Origin: Candidatus Omnitrophota bacterium
Lineage (GTDB): Bacteria > Omnitrophota > Gorgyraeia > Zapsychrales > Fredricksoniimonadaceae
Assembly: GCA_028870995.1 (NCBI GenBank)
Contig: JAGWOI010000011.1
Coordinates: 5,373 to 69,372, forward strand
DNA: 64,000 nt
Reading direction: 5' to 3'
Shown: positions 55,199-64,000 of the stretch, piece by piece
How positions within the stretch are numbered: position 1 is the stretch's first letter
How the letters are laid out: every line of letters begins with the position of its first letter
Notes under the pieces: model-generated
Database searches by the model: none
What the model saw: only the letters and a program-made list of their open reading frames with translations
What the model was told of the DNA's origin: nothing
Made by a program: the position numbers and the translations under genes

Positions 55199-57982
55199 TT
55201 ATTTTATCTCAACAGGGTCATCTATAAAAGGAATTTCCAAATTATATATCTCCGCCATGATAAAGTCCAGGGCCTTCAAATACCCCTCCAAAACCATGTC
55301 AATGTCCTTCATTTGGGCCTCGCTGAGGAATTTTTCCATCCCCAGCGTGCGTAAATGATAAAGGGCGCTGTTGACCCGCCGGCCCGGAAACTGTTGATGC
55401 AGGTAATGTACATACAGCGGCATTTGAAAACTCTTGACCTTGTCGCGCAACAGCTCGCGGCTAAAGGGGGCGGAAACCTCCTTAGGCATGGGATCAAGCC
55501 CTCCGGTCTTATAATCAAGGATAAAGATGCCCCCATCCTTCATTTCATCCACCCGGTCGACCCTGTAGGTCAAATGCACCTTGCTGGCCCCCAGATCAAG
55601 CACCTGGTCAAAGCTGCGTTCGACATAGAGCACTTGGGCCACCTGCTCTTCGCAGCGCAGGGCTTCCTGCTCTAAAAATCGTTCCAAACGGGTCTTTAAA
55701 ACCGTTTCCATTAAAAAGGTATCGCTGCGCCGCTTGCGGCCGAAGGTTTGCTCGAATTTGGAGTCGTAAACTTTCTGGTAATACCTCCTGAAGGCCGCAT
55801 CCAGCACGGGTTTCTTGCCCACAAAAATGCCAAAAACCTCCTGCAGCAGCTCATGGATAAAGACGCCGATATGGCGGCTTTCCACATCCTCCAGCAGGTC
55901 ATCCTTAGGTCTTAACCCCAGCACATAGCGGCAGTAAAAATTGTACGGGTTCTGCAGGTAGGTGTTGATGCTGCTGGCGGAAAAACGGAAACTTTTAAGG
56001 AAATCCACCATGGCCGGCGTCTTGGGGACGGCCTTGGGGCTCTTATCGACGGACACGTCAAAGACCCCGCGGATGAGCGGCACCGCGCCCAGTTTTGAGG
56101 CCCTCTGTTCCTGTTCCCAGATAAGTTCTTCCAGAAAACGGCTGCGGGTGCGGTCGTTGTTATGCTGATAGATCAAATGCACATTCCTGGCCGCTGAGAT
56201 CAAACGCATGAATCCATAGCGCTGGATCTCCTCTTCCAATTCCAGCCTGTCCAGATTCAACTTGATCATCACTTCACGCGGAATAAGCGGCTCATAGATA
56301 TTCAGGCTGGGCAAAAGCCCTTCATTGGCGTCCACCACGATCACATTCTTGAAATTCAGGCTCCTGGTCTCGAAAAGCCCCAGGATCTGCAAACCGCGCA
56401 GCGGCGAACCGCTGAAGGCCACCATCTGTGCCTGGCACTTCTCCTCCAGGATCTTAAACAAATCCGCCGGCTGAAAGATTTCAGCGGCAAAAACACAGTT
56501 TCTTAATTCGTCGGCGATGGCCTGCAGGCTCAAAGCGATCTGGGCATTAAAAGGGTATTGGTCCATGGCACTGTAAGCCTGCATAAAATCCACGAAATTT
56601 TGAAGGCTGGCAGCCAGATCCAGCGCAGACCGGATATCTTCAAAGCCGTTTAAAAAAGCACGGTGGACCGACAGGATCGTTTCCTTGATATTGGCGGGAC
56701 CGGCACCGGTTTCCACGGCGGACAAGGATTGGACCGCAGCCTCCAAAAGTTTTTCATCCTCAAGCACCTGCCGGGGGTCCAGGAACAGCTGCCCGGAAAT
56801 ACCGGTCAGCAATTCCCCTTTAAGCGCCGCTTCGACGGCCGTACCCAGGGCCTGCACTGCCTGCGGGTGCCCCAAACTTAAATTTCTGACCAGCGGATGA
56901 CGCCACAGGGCCAGGTAATCATGGACGTAATAAAGACCGTCTTTGCGGCGGCGCTGGGCTTCCAGGACAAGGCCGAGCAGCGCATAAAGAGCGCTGCGGG
57001 TAAGACGATAGCCCATGGAAATATTAAATTCCAATTCCCCCAACTGGCCTGCCACTGCCGTCAACAAAGGCACCAGGAAATCCGCGTCCGGCAGGACAAT
57101 GACGGTGGATTCCTTGTCCGGGATCCCCTCCAGGATCTCCTTGACCAAACCGGCCTGGGCATGGCTGTCAAAAGCCTCATAAACCTTTAAATTAAAAGCC
57201 GTGGGCCTGACCTCGTCGCCCTCGCGGACAGGCATCCCGAAGGTCTTGGCCATGCGGGAAAGCGCCGGCCAGCGGCGCTCGTCGCCCTGCAGGAACAACA
57301 CGGCCTTACCCCGGTCATAAATATTTTTAATGACCGTATTTTCCGTACGGTGCAGATAGAAAAAATTACAGAACAGGACCTCGTCAAAATCTTTCAGATC
57401 GCACTGCCCCGCCCGCCGGCCGGCCTGGACATATTGGAAGGAACGCGGGGCCAGACCCTTTTGTTCAAGCTGCCGGTGATAATGCTCGCGCAAGGCGCTT
57501 AAATGGATCAATAACTTATTGATGTCTTCCGGGACACTGAAGCCGATCTCCGCGTGCGCCTTGATCACCTTCAAGGTGTCCGACGGCACATCTTCCAGGT
57601 CCAGCTGTTCAATAAAACGCAGGATCTCACGGGCCCAGGGCAGGAATTGCGCGAAAGCCTCCCTCCCGCGGCAGATCCAGGGACATACTTCCATGGCCAA
57701 TCGATAGACGGCATAGCAGTGGTCCAGGTCGCGGCCTGGGGACGGCGTCCGACTGCCGTAGGCGACAAAGGCCATCCACTCATCGATGGTAAAAAAACGC
57801 GGGGGGATAAACGCCTTGCGCCATTTGTGCCCCAGCGCCCTTTTGATAAACAGTGATGGACGGCGGCCGCCGAAAACGATCCCCAGACGGGAGAGGTCTT
57901 TGTGCTTATACTGAGCGTCTATATAATCCACCACATGGGGCAGGAAATCTTCTGTAAAGGGAACGGTAATGATCTTGCTCAT
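55199..57982 (-). CDS. AddB-like PD-(D/E)XK nuclease family protein (degenerate helicase region, no Walker A)
   Basis: 927 aa. C-terminal RecB-type nuclease motif (ILDYKTG). Overlaps, and is co-oriented with, the upstream UvrD-type helicase gene. Confidence 0.6.
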   Translation of the reverse strand: MSKIITVPFTEDFLPHVVDYIDAQYKHKDLSRLGIVFGGRRPSLFIKRALGHKWRKAFIPPRFFTIDEWMAFVAYGSRTPSPGRDLDHCYAVYRLAMEVCPWICRGREAFAQFLPWAREILRFIEQLDLEDVPSDTLKVIKAHAEIGFSVPEDINKLLIHLSALREHYHRQLEQKGLAPRSFQYVQAGRRAGQCDLKDFDEVLFCNFFYLHRTENTVIKNIYDRGKAVLFLQGDERRWPALSRMAKTFGMPVREGDEVRPTAFNLKVYEAFDSHAQAGLVKEILEGIPDKESTVIVLPDADFLVPLLTAVAGQLGELEFNISMGYRLTRSALYALLGLVLEAQRRRKDGLYYVHDYLALWRHPLVRNLSLGHPQAVQALGTAVEAALKGELLTGISGQLFLDPRQVLEDEKLLEAAVQSLSAVETGAGPANIKETILSVHRAFLNGFEDIRSALDLAASLQNFVDFMQAYSAMDQYPFNAQIALSLQAIADELRNCVFAAEIFQPADLFKILEEKCQAQMVAFSGSPLRGLQILGLFETRSLNFKNVIVVDANEGLLPSLNIYEPLIPREVMIKLNLDRLELEEEIQRYGFMRLISAARNVHLIYQHNNDRTRSRFLEELIWEQEQRASKLGAVPLIRGVFDVSVDKSPKAVPKTPAMVDFLKSFRFSASSINTYLQNPYNFYCRYVLGLRPKDDLLEDVESRHIGVFIHELLQEVFGIFVGKKPVLDAAFRRYYQKVYDSKFEQTFGRKRRSDTFLMETVLKTRLERFLEQEALRCEEQVAQVLYVERSFDQVLDLGASKVHLTYRVDRVDEMKDGGIFILDYKTGGLDPMPKEVSAPFSRELLRDKVKSFQMPLYVHYLHQQFPGRRVNSALYHLRTLGMEKFLSEAQMKDIDMVLEGYLKALDFIMAEIYNLEIPFIDDPVEIK

Positions 57983-60900
57983 GAGCCGCCCCTTGGATCT
58001 TTGAAATATAAAATCTTCCCGTGCACTTTATGCTTAGGATAAAAGGAGCTGACCAGCTCGACATATTCCTTGATCTGCTCCTCATGCCGGGCTTGGGCCG
58101 CGGGGGACAATTTATAATCCACCACCCACACCTCGTCTTTCAACACGACGAGGCGGTCGATGCGTTTGCCGTCCCCATAGGCGTTGGCAAATTCCTTTTC
58201 ACAAAAGATGGCAGCATCATCCGGCAAATAGAAAAATGCCCGCGCTTCATCGCGGTTGATGAATTCACGCATGTGTTTCAACACTTCATCCCGGCCGGCG
58301 GCCGGAGCATGCCGGCGGCAGGCCTGCAGCCAGGCATGCTGGAGTACCGCCTCCAGGCTGCTTGCATCGACGCGTCCCACCTCCATCAGCAAGGCATGAT
58401 AAAACTCTCCTTGTTGCGCCAAAGCCGCCGAGGCGACCGGCTCTGCGGCAAATTCATGCTGTAAATACTCCCAGGGATCACCGACAAAAGTCTTGATCTT
58501 TTGATGGGCGGACGGCGGCTGATGGGCTTGGGGCCGGTCGGCGGCTTCCCCCAAGGACCAGCAATCCTCCGGGATGAGAAACCGGGCGGGATTCACCGCA
58601 TTGCCCACGCGGCCCGGCACGAAAACATAAAGCTCCTCCACGGCACGGGTCAAGGCCACATAAATGCTGTTTAATTCCACCAAAAAAGATTTCTTGTATT
58701 CCTGCTCATACCTGGCTTGTAGCTCGGGACAAAATTTCCGGTAAGCTTCCTTCAGGCGCAGGAGCGCGACACCGTCTTGATGCACGTCCAGGACGTAGGC
58801 CTGCCCCCCGTCACGGCCGCCGCTGCCCGCCTTAATATCCATTTCCAAAAAGGGGATGATCACGACCGGAAATTCCAGCCCCTTGGCCTTATGCACCGTG
58901 GTCACCCTGACGGCATTCATTTGGGTCATGGGCACAAAGCGTTCTTCCCCTTCGAGGGCTTCATAAAAAGCGGCAAAAGAAGACAGGTCGCAGCCGTTTT
59001 TCTCCTGCTTTTTGATCAATTCCAAAAAATGCATGAAAAAGGCCTGGTTTTGGGGAAAGCACTCTTCGCAGCGAAAACGCCGGATGATGCCGGCGGTCAG
59101 TTCATATAAAGGACTGACGCCGGCCTGCCGGAAAAATTTTTCGAACAGGTCCTGCCATATTTCCGGAAAGACCTCACGGAATCTTTTATAGAACGCAACC
59201 TGCCTGTTGCCGGACGATCCCCTGGCGCAGGCAAACAGGAAGTCCTGCAAAACCTGTGGCTTTAATCCTGCTGCGCGGGGAAGCATCAGCCCTAAGCACA
59301 CCTGAGCAAAAGCATTGTTGTCGGCCGGCGCATGCAAAAAGATGAGCAAATTCAGCAGCTCATTGACCAGGGCGTTATTTTTGATGTCACTGCTGCGCTC
59401 CGAAGAGGCGCCTATCCCCTCCTGCAAGAGCCATTGGGTGACCTCCTCGACCTCGTCATTGCCCCTGGTCAGCAAGGCAATGTCCCTTAAAGCAAAACGC
59501 CGGGTAATGTCCTTGATAAGTGCCGTGAGCTTCTGGCGGACCTCATCGCCGCGCTCCTGTTTGGTCCTTCCATCGACAAGGTTCACCCGCACCAGGCCTC
59601 CGCTGAGGTCCTTGCCCGGAGTTTGATGGGCATGGCCGAATGTCAGGGCGATCTGCTGAAAATCTTCTTGAGAGAAATGGATATCGTTAGGACGCTTATT
59701 TTGGCGCGAATCTTCCAGGCGGCGCTCCAAAAAATCCCGGAGGTTCTCCAGGCTGAATACGCGGTTGTTAAAGCCGATGATCTCAGGGCAGCTGCGGAAA
59801 TTCTTATCGAGGCGAGTCGATTGGATGTTATACCCGTCCAATTGGCTTTGCAAGGCGTCGAACAGGCGGCTTTCACCTCCCCGGAAAGAATAGATGGCCT
59901 GCTTTTTATCCCCGACATAAAACAAAGACCCGCTGCCCGCCAGGGCCTCCTGGACCATGAGGCTCAAATTGCGCCACTGCGACAAGGAGGTGTCTTGAAA
60001 TTCATCGATAAGATAGTGCTGAAGCCGGGCGGCCAGCCGCAAGTACAACTCTTCGACACTGACCAAGCCATCCTCAAAGAGCAGCCCGGCCTTGCGGTTT
60101 AATTCCTCCAAAAAGAGCACATCATCCCGGCGGGATAATTGGCCGAAACGGGACAGCAGGTGCTCAAATAAAACGACGTAGGGATTAAACAAGCTGCGGG
60201 CTTCCGTCAGGCAGAGGGCGCAAATCTCCTGGTTGATCTGCCGCCACAATTTCAGGGCTTGGGGACTTGGCTCCCCTCCTTTATTGACGGGAAAATCCTC
60301 CCTGGCCCAATAATTGGCCAGCGCATCCACATCAATAATGCCCCTGGTGTTTGCCAAAAGCTCTTCCAGATGGTCAAGGAACCGCCGGCTGGTCTGGGCC
60401 GGACAACAGGATTTCAATTCAACCATCAAGTCATAGATCTTTTTCTTGCGCTCGAAAAGATCCCCGGCGTAAGGATAGACCAGCAGGGGTTTTTGATAGG
60501 TGTTGTATTGCCTGAAAAGCTCGATAATGACCTTTACCAGGTCTTCCTTGGGAAACCAACCCGAACGGTTTTCCAGAAACAAATACTGGCGCACAAAATT
60601 CTCAAACAGCATGCGTATCTTGTTGTCGCCGTCCGCCTGGTCCAGAAGCTCATCCAGGCTTAACTGCAGGTATTCGCCGGCATTGCGCTGGATCTTAAAA
60701 CGCGCCGAGAGGCCGATCTTGAAAGAACAGCCGGACAGCAGGATGTTGACGAAACTGTCGATGGTCTGGACCTGAAAATAATGGTACTGACGGATCACCT
60801 CATGCATCAATCCTGCGGCGAGCCTGGAAGCGCTTGATTCATCCAGCCCCAACGGTTTTAGGAAATCGTCGACTTGTGCGGGATCCAGTTGCTTAAGGCT

Positions 60901-61107
60901 GATGCGCTTGAGGAAATCCAGGATGCGGGACTTCATTTCCCAGGCGGCCTTATTGGTGAAGGTGATGGCCAGGATGGACTGGATGGGAAGGGCCTGGCCG
61001 CCGGCGGCAAGTTCCAAGCTTAACTGGACGTAGCGCCTGGCCAGGCAATAGGTCTTGCCGCTGCCTGCCGAGGCTTCGACCACAAAAACTTGGGACTCAC
61101 TTCTCAT
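57979..61107 (-). CDS. AddA-like UvrD/REP-family helicase with C-terminal PD-(D/E)XK nuclease domain
   Basis: Walker A (ASAGSGKTY), ITFTNKAA motif, UvrD helicase motifs and a C-terminal VVDYK nuclease motif. 1042 aa. Confidence 0.8.
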   Translation of the reverse strand: MRSESQVFVVEASAGSGKTYCLARRYVQLSLELAAGGQALPIQSILAITFTNKAAWEMKSRILDFLKRISLKQLDPAQVDDFLKPLGLDESSASRLAAGLMHEVIRQYHYFQVQTIDSFVNILLSGCSFKIGLSARFKIQRNAGEYLQLSLDELLDQADGDNKIRMLFENFVRQYLFLENRSGWFPKEDLVKVIIELFRQYNTYQKPLLVYPYAGDLFERKKKIYDLMVELKSCCPAQTSRRFLDHLEELLANTRGIIDVDALANYWAREDFPVNKGGEPSPQALKLWRQINQEICALCLTEARSLFNPYVVLFEHLLSRFGQLSRRDDVLFLEELNRKAGLLFEDGLVSVEELYLRLAARLQHYLIDEFQDTSLSQWRNLSLMVQEALAGSGSLFYVGDKKQAIYSFRGGESRLFDALQSQLDGYNIQSTRLDKNFRSCPEIIGFNNRVFSLENLRDFLERRLEDSRQNKRPNDIHFSQEDFQQIALTFGHAHQTPGKDLSGGLVRVNLVDGRTKQERGDEVRQKLTALIKDITRRFALRDIALLTRGNDEVEEVTQWLLQEGIGASSERSSDIKNNALVNELLNLLIFLHAPADNNAFAQVCLGLMLPRAAGLKPQVLQDFLFACARGSSGNRQVAFYKRFREVFPEIWQDLFEKFFRQAGVSPLYELTAGIIRRFRCEECFPQNQAFFMHFLELIKKQEKNGCDLSSFAAFYEALEGEERFVPMTQMNAVRVTTVHKAKGLEFPVVIIPFLEMDIKAGSGGRDGGQAYVLDVHQDGVALLRLKEAYRKFCPELQARYEQEYKKSFLVELNSIYVALTRAVEELYVFVPGRVGNAVNPARFLIPEDCWSLGEAADRPQAHQPPSAHQKIKTFVGDPWEYLQHEFAAEPVASAALAQQGEFYHALLMEVGRVDASSLEAVLQHAWLQACRRHAPAAGRDEVLKHMREFINRDEARAFFYLPDDAAIFCEKEFANAYGDGKRIDRLVVLKDEVWVVDYKLSPAAQARHEEQIKEYVELVSSFYPKHKVHGKILYFKDPRGGS

Positions 61108-61840
61108 CTATGGATTTCCAGATGGAATCTTCCAGCATCTCCCGGATCACGGAGATGGAGGCCTGCAGGGGGGTCTGGCCTGCTCTCAACCCCCAGTCCA
61201 GCTCGCCGCCGCCGAACGAATCGAGCTTGTCCAAGAGCTCCTGGCGCTGCCGGGCGGTGATGGCCAGCAGGTGGCCTTTGCCGTTGGGGTTCTTATCGCT
61301 GATCATAACCTTGGTCATCATCACCGAGGCCTGGATGATCTTTTTATCCGCCTCTTTGCGCCGGAGTTCCATGTCATACTGGTTTTTCACGAACTCGATC
61401 TCCTTGGGCCGGGTGGCCTGGCCGGCGGCGTTAAGATCGTACCATTTTTCCCACAAATTCTTTTCCTGGCGGTTGATGGCGACTTCCTCGGAAACAGCCA
61501 CCACCACCGTGTCCGCGACCTTGCGCATCAGCATGTTGGGGGATTGCAGGTATTTGAGCAAATATCCCTTGATGACAAGCAGGTCCGAGCTGTCCAGGGT
61601 CAGGTCATCGATGGTGGCCAGGATCATTTTCTTTTTGTCATGGGCAAAGCGTTTCTTGGGGGCATTCTTGTTCCAGCGGTCATCCACGTCCTTCATGTAA
61701 CGCAGCGCCGTGATGTAGCTGCGGGCAAACTGGTATTTCATGATGTCGGGATTGTCTTTGCGGAATTCACCGGCGGCAAAGGCGGGCCAGACGGGGATTA
61801 ACCCGTAGAGGGAAAGGGCTACCAGCAAACATCGAAGCAT
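61097..61840 (-). CDS. secreted hypothetical protein
   Basis: Signal peptide MLRCLLVALSLYGLIPVWPAFA, then a 225-aa hydrophilic K/E-rich domain. Confidence 0.45.
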   Translation of the reverse strand: MLRCLLVALSLYGLIPVWPAFAAGEFRKDNPDIMKYQFARSYITALRYMKDVDDRWNKNAPKKRFAHDKKKMILATIDDLTLDSSDLLVIKGYLLKYLQSPNMLMRKVADTVVVAVSEEVAINRQEKNLWEKWYDLNAAGQATRPKEIEFVKNQYDMELRRKEADKKIIQASVMMTKVMISDKNPNGKGHLLAITARQRQELLDKLDSFGGGELDWGLRAGQTPLQASISVIREMLEDSIWKSIDEK

Positions 61841-61844
61841 AAGT

Positions 61845-62216
61845 CTATTCTAAAGCTTTTTGGACTTTTTCCAACAAAAGTTTGGTGTCGACGGGTTTTT
61901 GCATGTAATCGATCCCCATCAGAAAACCGATGCGGGGGTCCAATTCCTGTTCGCGCGAGGTCAACACGATGATGGGGATATGCTTGAATTTGGGATCGAA
62001 TTTAAGGTCGCGGCAGACGTCATAACCGTTGAGCTCGGGCATCATCACATCCAGGACGATCAGATCCGGCACTATCTTTTTGACCTGCGCCACCCCTTCC
62101 AGGCCGTTATGGGCCTGCTCGACATCATAACCGGCGGAAGAAAGCACATTCTCCAGCAAAGTTATCACCGCCCTGTCATCATCCACGATCAAGATCTTTT
62201 TACCTTTGGTCGCCAT
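61845..62216 (-). CDS. single-domain response regulator (CheY-like receiver)
   Basis: ILIVDDD...VLDVMMPELNGYDV...IIVLTS...K receiver motifs. Confidence 0.8.
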   Translation of the reverse strand: MATKGKKILIVDDDRAVITLLENVLSSAGYDVEQAHNGLEGVAQVKKIVPDLIVLDVMMPELNGYDVCRDLKFDPKFKHIPIIVLTSREQELDPRIGFLMGIDYMQKPVDTKLLLEKVQKALE

Positions 62217-62248
62217 TTCCTTTCTCCTTCCTGTAGATCGGCATTTAT

Positions 62249-62929
62249 TTACTCGTCATTGATCGACGCCATCATACCTTCCAGCGCCGCAAATCGTTCT
62301 TGATAATCCTTCCGGGAACAGCGGATGACCTCCAGGGCCTCTTCCCGGCCGAATACATGGGTGATCTCGCAAATACGCTCATCGGAACCGGGAATATCCT
62401 TATAGGTCAGGAAATAATGTTTCAACCGGTCGATGAAGGAGCGCGGGCAGTCTTCAATATTGTTCCACTGGCTGTACAGGGCGTCCCCGTGCATGACCGC
62501 GATGATCTTGTCATCCGCCTGGCCGCGGTCGATCATGCGGAAACCGCCGATGGGGAGGGCCCGCACGATGATGTCGCCGTGGGTGATGACCTTCTCGCTC
62601 AAAATACAAATGTCCAGCGGGTCATCGTCCCCCACCACGGAATCGCGGCCTGTGCGCTCGCGGCAAAGCTGTGCGATATGGGTGGAACAATAGGTTTGCG
62701 GGATAAAGCCATAGAGCGTCGGACAGATGCTGGAATACTTTTGGGGGCGGTCAACCTTTAAAAAGCCGCTTTTTTTGTCGATCTCGTATTTGACGGTGTC
62801 GGAAGGCACGGTTTCTATATAGGTGTTGACGATATTAGGCGCCTCTTCCCCTATGGGTATACCATGCCAGGGATGGCTGCGCAGCAAAAGCGCCAAGGAT
62901 TGCCACAGTTTGTCCAAATCTTCATTCAT
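62249..62929 (-). CDS. ppa: inorganic pyrophosphatase (family I)
   Basis: HPWHGIP, DDDPLD and DKIIAV motifs of soluble family I PPase. 226 aa. Confidence 0.85.
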   Translation of the reverse strand: MNEDLDKLWQSLALLLRSHPWHGIPIGEEAPNIVNTYIETVPSDTVKYEIDKKSGFLKVDRPQKYSSICPTLYGFIPQTYCSTHIAQLCRERTGRDSVVGDDDPLDICILSEKVITHGDIIVRALPIGGFRMIDRGQADDKIIAVMHGDALYSQWNNIEDCPRSFIDRLKHYFLTYKDIPGSDERICEITHVFGREEALEVIRCSRKDYQERFAALEGMMASINDE

Positions 62930-63103
62930 GGGAAAAAATCAGGATAAGAAGTTTTCGTTTGACGGCACACAGTATAACACTGTCCCTTTAAGGATTTCAA
63001 GCATTTAAACAGATTAAATAAGTAAAAAATGGCAAACATACGAATTAATAGGGTATACTTATTGATGGAGTCATACATAAACCACATACAAAGGAGGGTA
63101 CCT

Positions 63104-63502
63104 ATGCGTACTCACAACAAACAAGGTTTTACGCTGGTGGAAATCATGATCGTGGTAGCGATCATTGCCCTGTTGGCGGCAATCGCGATCCCTAACCTGC
63201 TCAGAGCAAGGATGACATCCAACGACTCTTTGGCCAAGGCCACTTTACGCGCGATGTCAACTGCGGCCGAATCTTACGGGACGGCCAACAACGGCAATTA
63301 TCCGACCAGCGAAAGCGCCTTAACCGGCGCCACACCGCCTTATTTGAACAAGGCTTATTGTGCCAACTCACCGATCTCCGGGTATAACTATACTTGCAAC
63401 TTTGCTTCTTCGGGCTATACGGTCACGGCAACGCCTCTGGTGATCGGCAGCTCCGGTTCCACGGTAGAAACGATCACTACCGGTGGCGTTTTGACACCGT
63501 AA
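63104..63502 (+). CDS. type IV pilin / pseudopilin with prepilin N-terminal methylation motif
   Basis: KQGFTLVEIMIVVAIIALLAAIAIPNL class III signal. Two Cys near the C-terminus (disulfide D-region). AAGGAGGG RBS 4 nt upstream of ATG 63104. Confidence 0.85.
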   Translation: MRTHNKQGFTLVEIMIVVAIIALLAAIAIPNLLRARMTSNDSLAKATLRAMSTAAESYGTANNGNYPTSESALTGATPPYLNKAYCANSPISGYNYTCNFASSGYTVTATPLVIGSSGSTVETITTGGVLTP

Positions 63503-63527
63503 TTCTTTAATACGGGCCATCAAAAAA

Positions 63528-63553
63528 CCCCGCCAGTCTCGGCGGGGTTTTTT
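63528..63553 (+). terminator. rho-independent terminator after the first pilin gene
   Basis: ccccgcc agtctc ggcgggg followed by tttttt. Confidence 0.75.
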
Positions 63554-63636
63554 ATTAAATAATAACCCCTTTATCCCCCTGCATGGTATACTAAAATTTG
63601 GAGTTATACATTAACCATATATCAAGGAGGGGTAGT

Positions 63637-64000
63637 ATGCGTACTCGTAACAAACAAGGTTTTACGCTGGTGGAAATCATGATCGTAGTGGCGATCATTG
63701 CCCTGTTGGCGGCGATTGCCATCCCCAACCTGCTGCGCGCCAAGATGACATCCAATGACTCATTGGCCAAGGCCACCTTGAGGGCCATGTCGACAGCTGC
63801 TGAATCCTACGGGACAGCCAACAACGGCAATTATCCGACCAGTGAAAGCGCCTTAACCGGGGCAACGCCTCCGTACTTAAACACGGCTTATTGCGCCAAT
63901 TCGCCGATTGCAGGTTATAATTACTCCTGCAACTTCGCTTCTTCGGGTTACACCGTCACCGCGACCCCGCTGGTGATCGGCAGCACCGGTTCAACCGTGG
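63637..64000 (+). CDS. second type IV pilin paralogue, 3'-truncated by the window edge
   Basis: ATG 63637 preceded by AAGGAGGGG. The protein is about 90% identical to the first pilin. The DNA is diverged mostly at synonymous positions. Confidence 0.85.
   Translation, partial: MRTRNKQGFTLVEIMIVVAIIALLAAIAIPNLLRAKMTSNDSLAKATLRAMSTAAESYGTANNGNYPTSESALTGATPPYLNTAYCANSPIAGYNYSCNFASSGYTVTATPLVIGSTGSTV

Noticed and set aside
61055-61801. 248-aa plus-strand ORF opposite the secreted-protein gene
   Set aside because: It is antisense. The minus-strand ORF has a proper signal peptide and fits the operon polarity.
62930-63103. Sigma54 (-24/-12) promoter upstream of the pilin genes
   Set aside because: TGGCA-like strings are present, but no correctly spaced TTGC -12 element in either copy. 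Only a shared TATACT -10-like hexamer is evident.
63591-63788. 65-aa minus-strand ORF at the window end
   Set aside because: It lies antisense to the second pilin gene, which has a strong RBS and near-identity to the first pilin.

Overview
This is a 64 kb bacterial chromosomal segment of about 55-58% GC from a diderm organism; the envelope genes asmA, lgt, lspA, mreBCD and yceI support that. Gene order is dense and nearly all on the minus strand. Every gene from 2008 to 53228 is minus-strand, and only ilvBN, one membrane glycosyltransferase-like gene and two pilin genes are on the plus strand. Most genes are recognisable housekeeping genes: ilvB/ilvN, YyaL thioredoxin-fold protein, PBP2/MreD, phoH-pgpH-ybeY, aspS, hisS, HU, dnaE, guaA, a CBS-less GuaB3-type IMPDH homologue, groES/groEL, coaX, uvrB, two pseudouridine synthases, YceI, an ABC-2 transporter, mreB/mreC, aroA, lgt, lspA, dksA-like, ileS, mtnP, proC, yggS, an AddAB-like helicase-nuclease pair, ppa and two CheY-like receivers. 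I found no rRNA, tRNA or CRISPR array. The non-routine content is: (1) a 1254-aa exported, low-GC protein with a UDP-sugar-pyrophosphorylase-like core plus unknown N- and C-terminal regions, sitting directly upstream of a groES promoter that carries two CIRCE operators; (2) a very AT-rich 650-bp IS200/RAYT-type element with 14-bp terminal inverted repeats inserted between hup and dnaE; (3) a bacterial-type AspRS that precisely lacks the GAD insertion; (4) a PilZ / zinc-ribbon / PilZ micro-cluster with an unannotated 50-aa membrane ORF; (5) a 907-aa (920 in the six-frame track) secreted coiled-coil protein with six dispersed TPR-like modules and a 12-nt tandem DNA repeat; (6) diverged tandem type IV pilin paralogues at the window end. 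All calls rest on reading the translated ORFs and the raw sequence, with no database searches.
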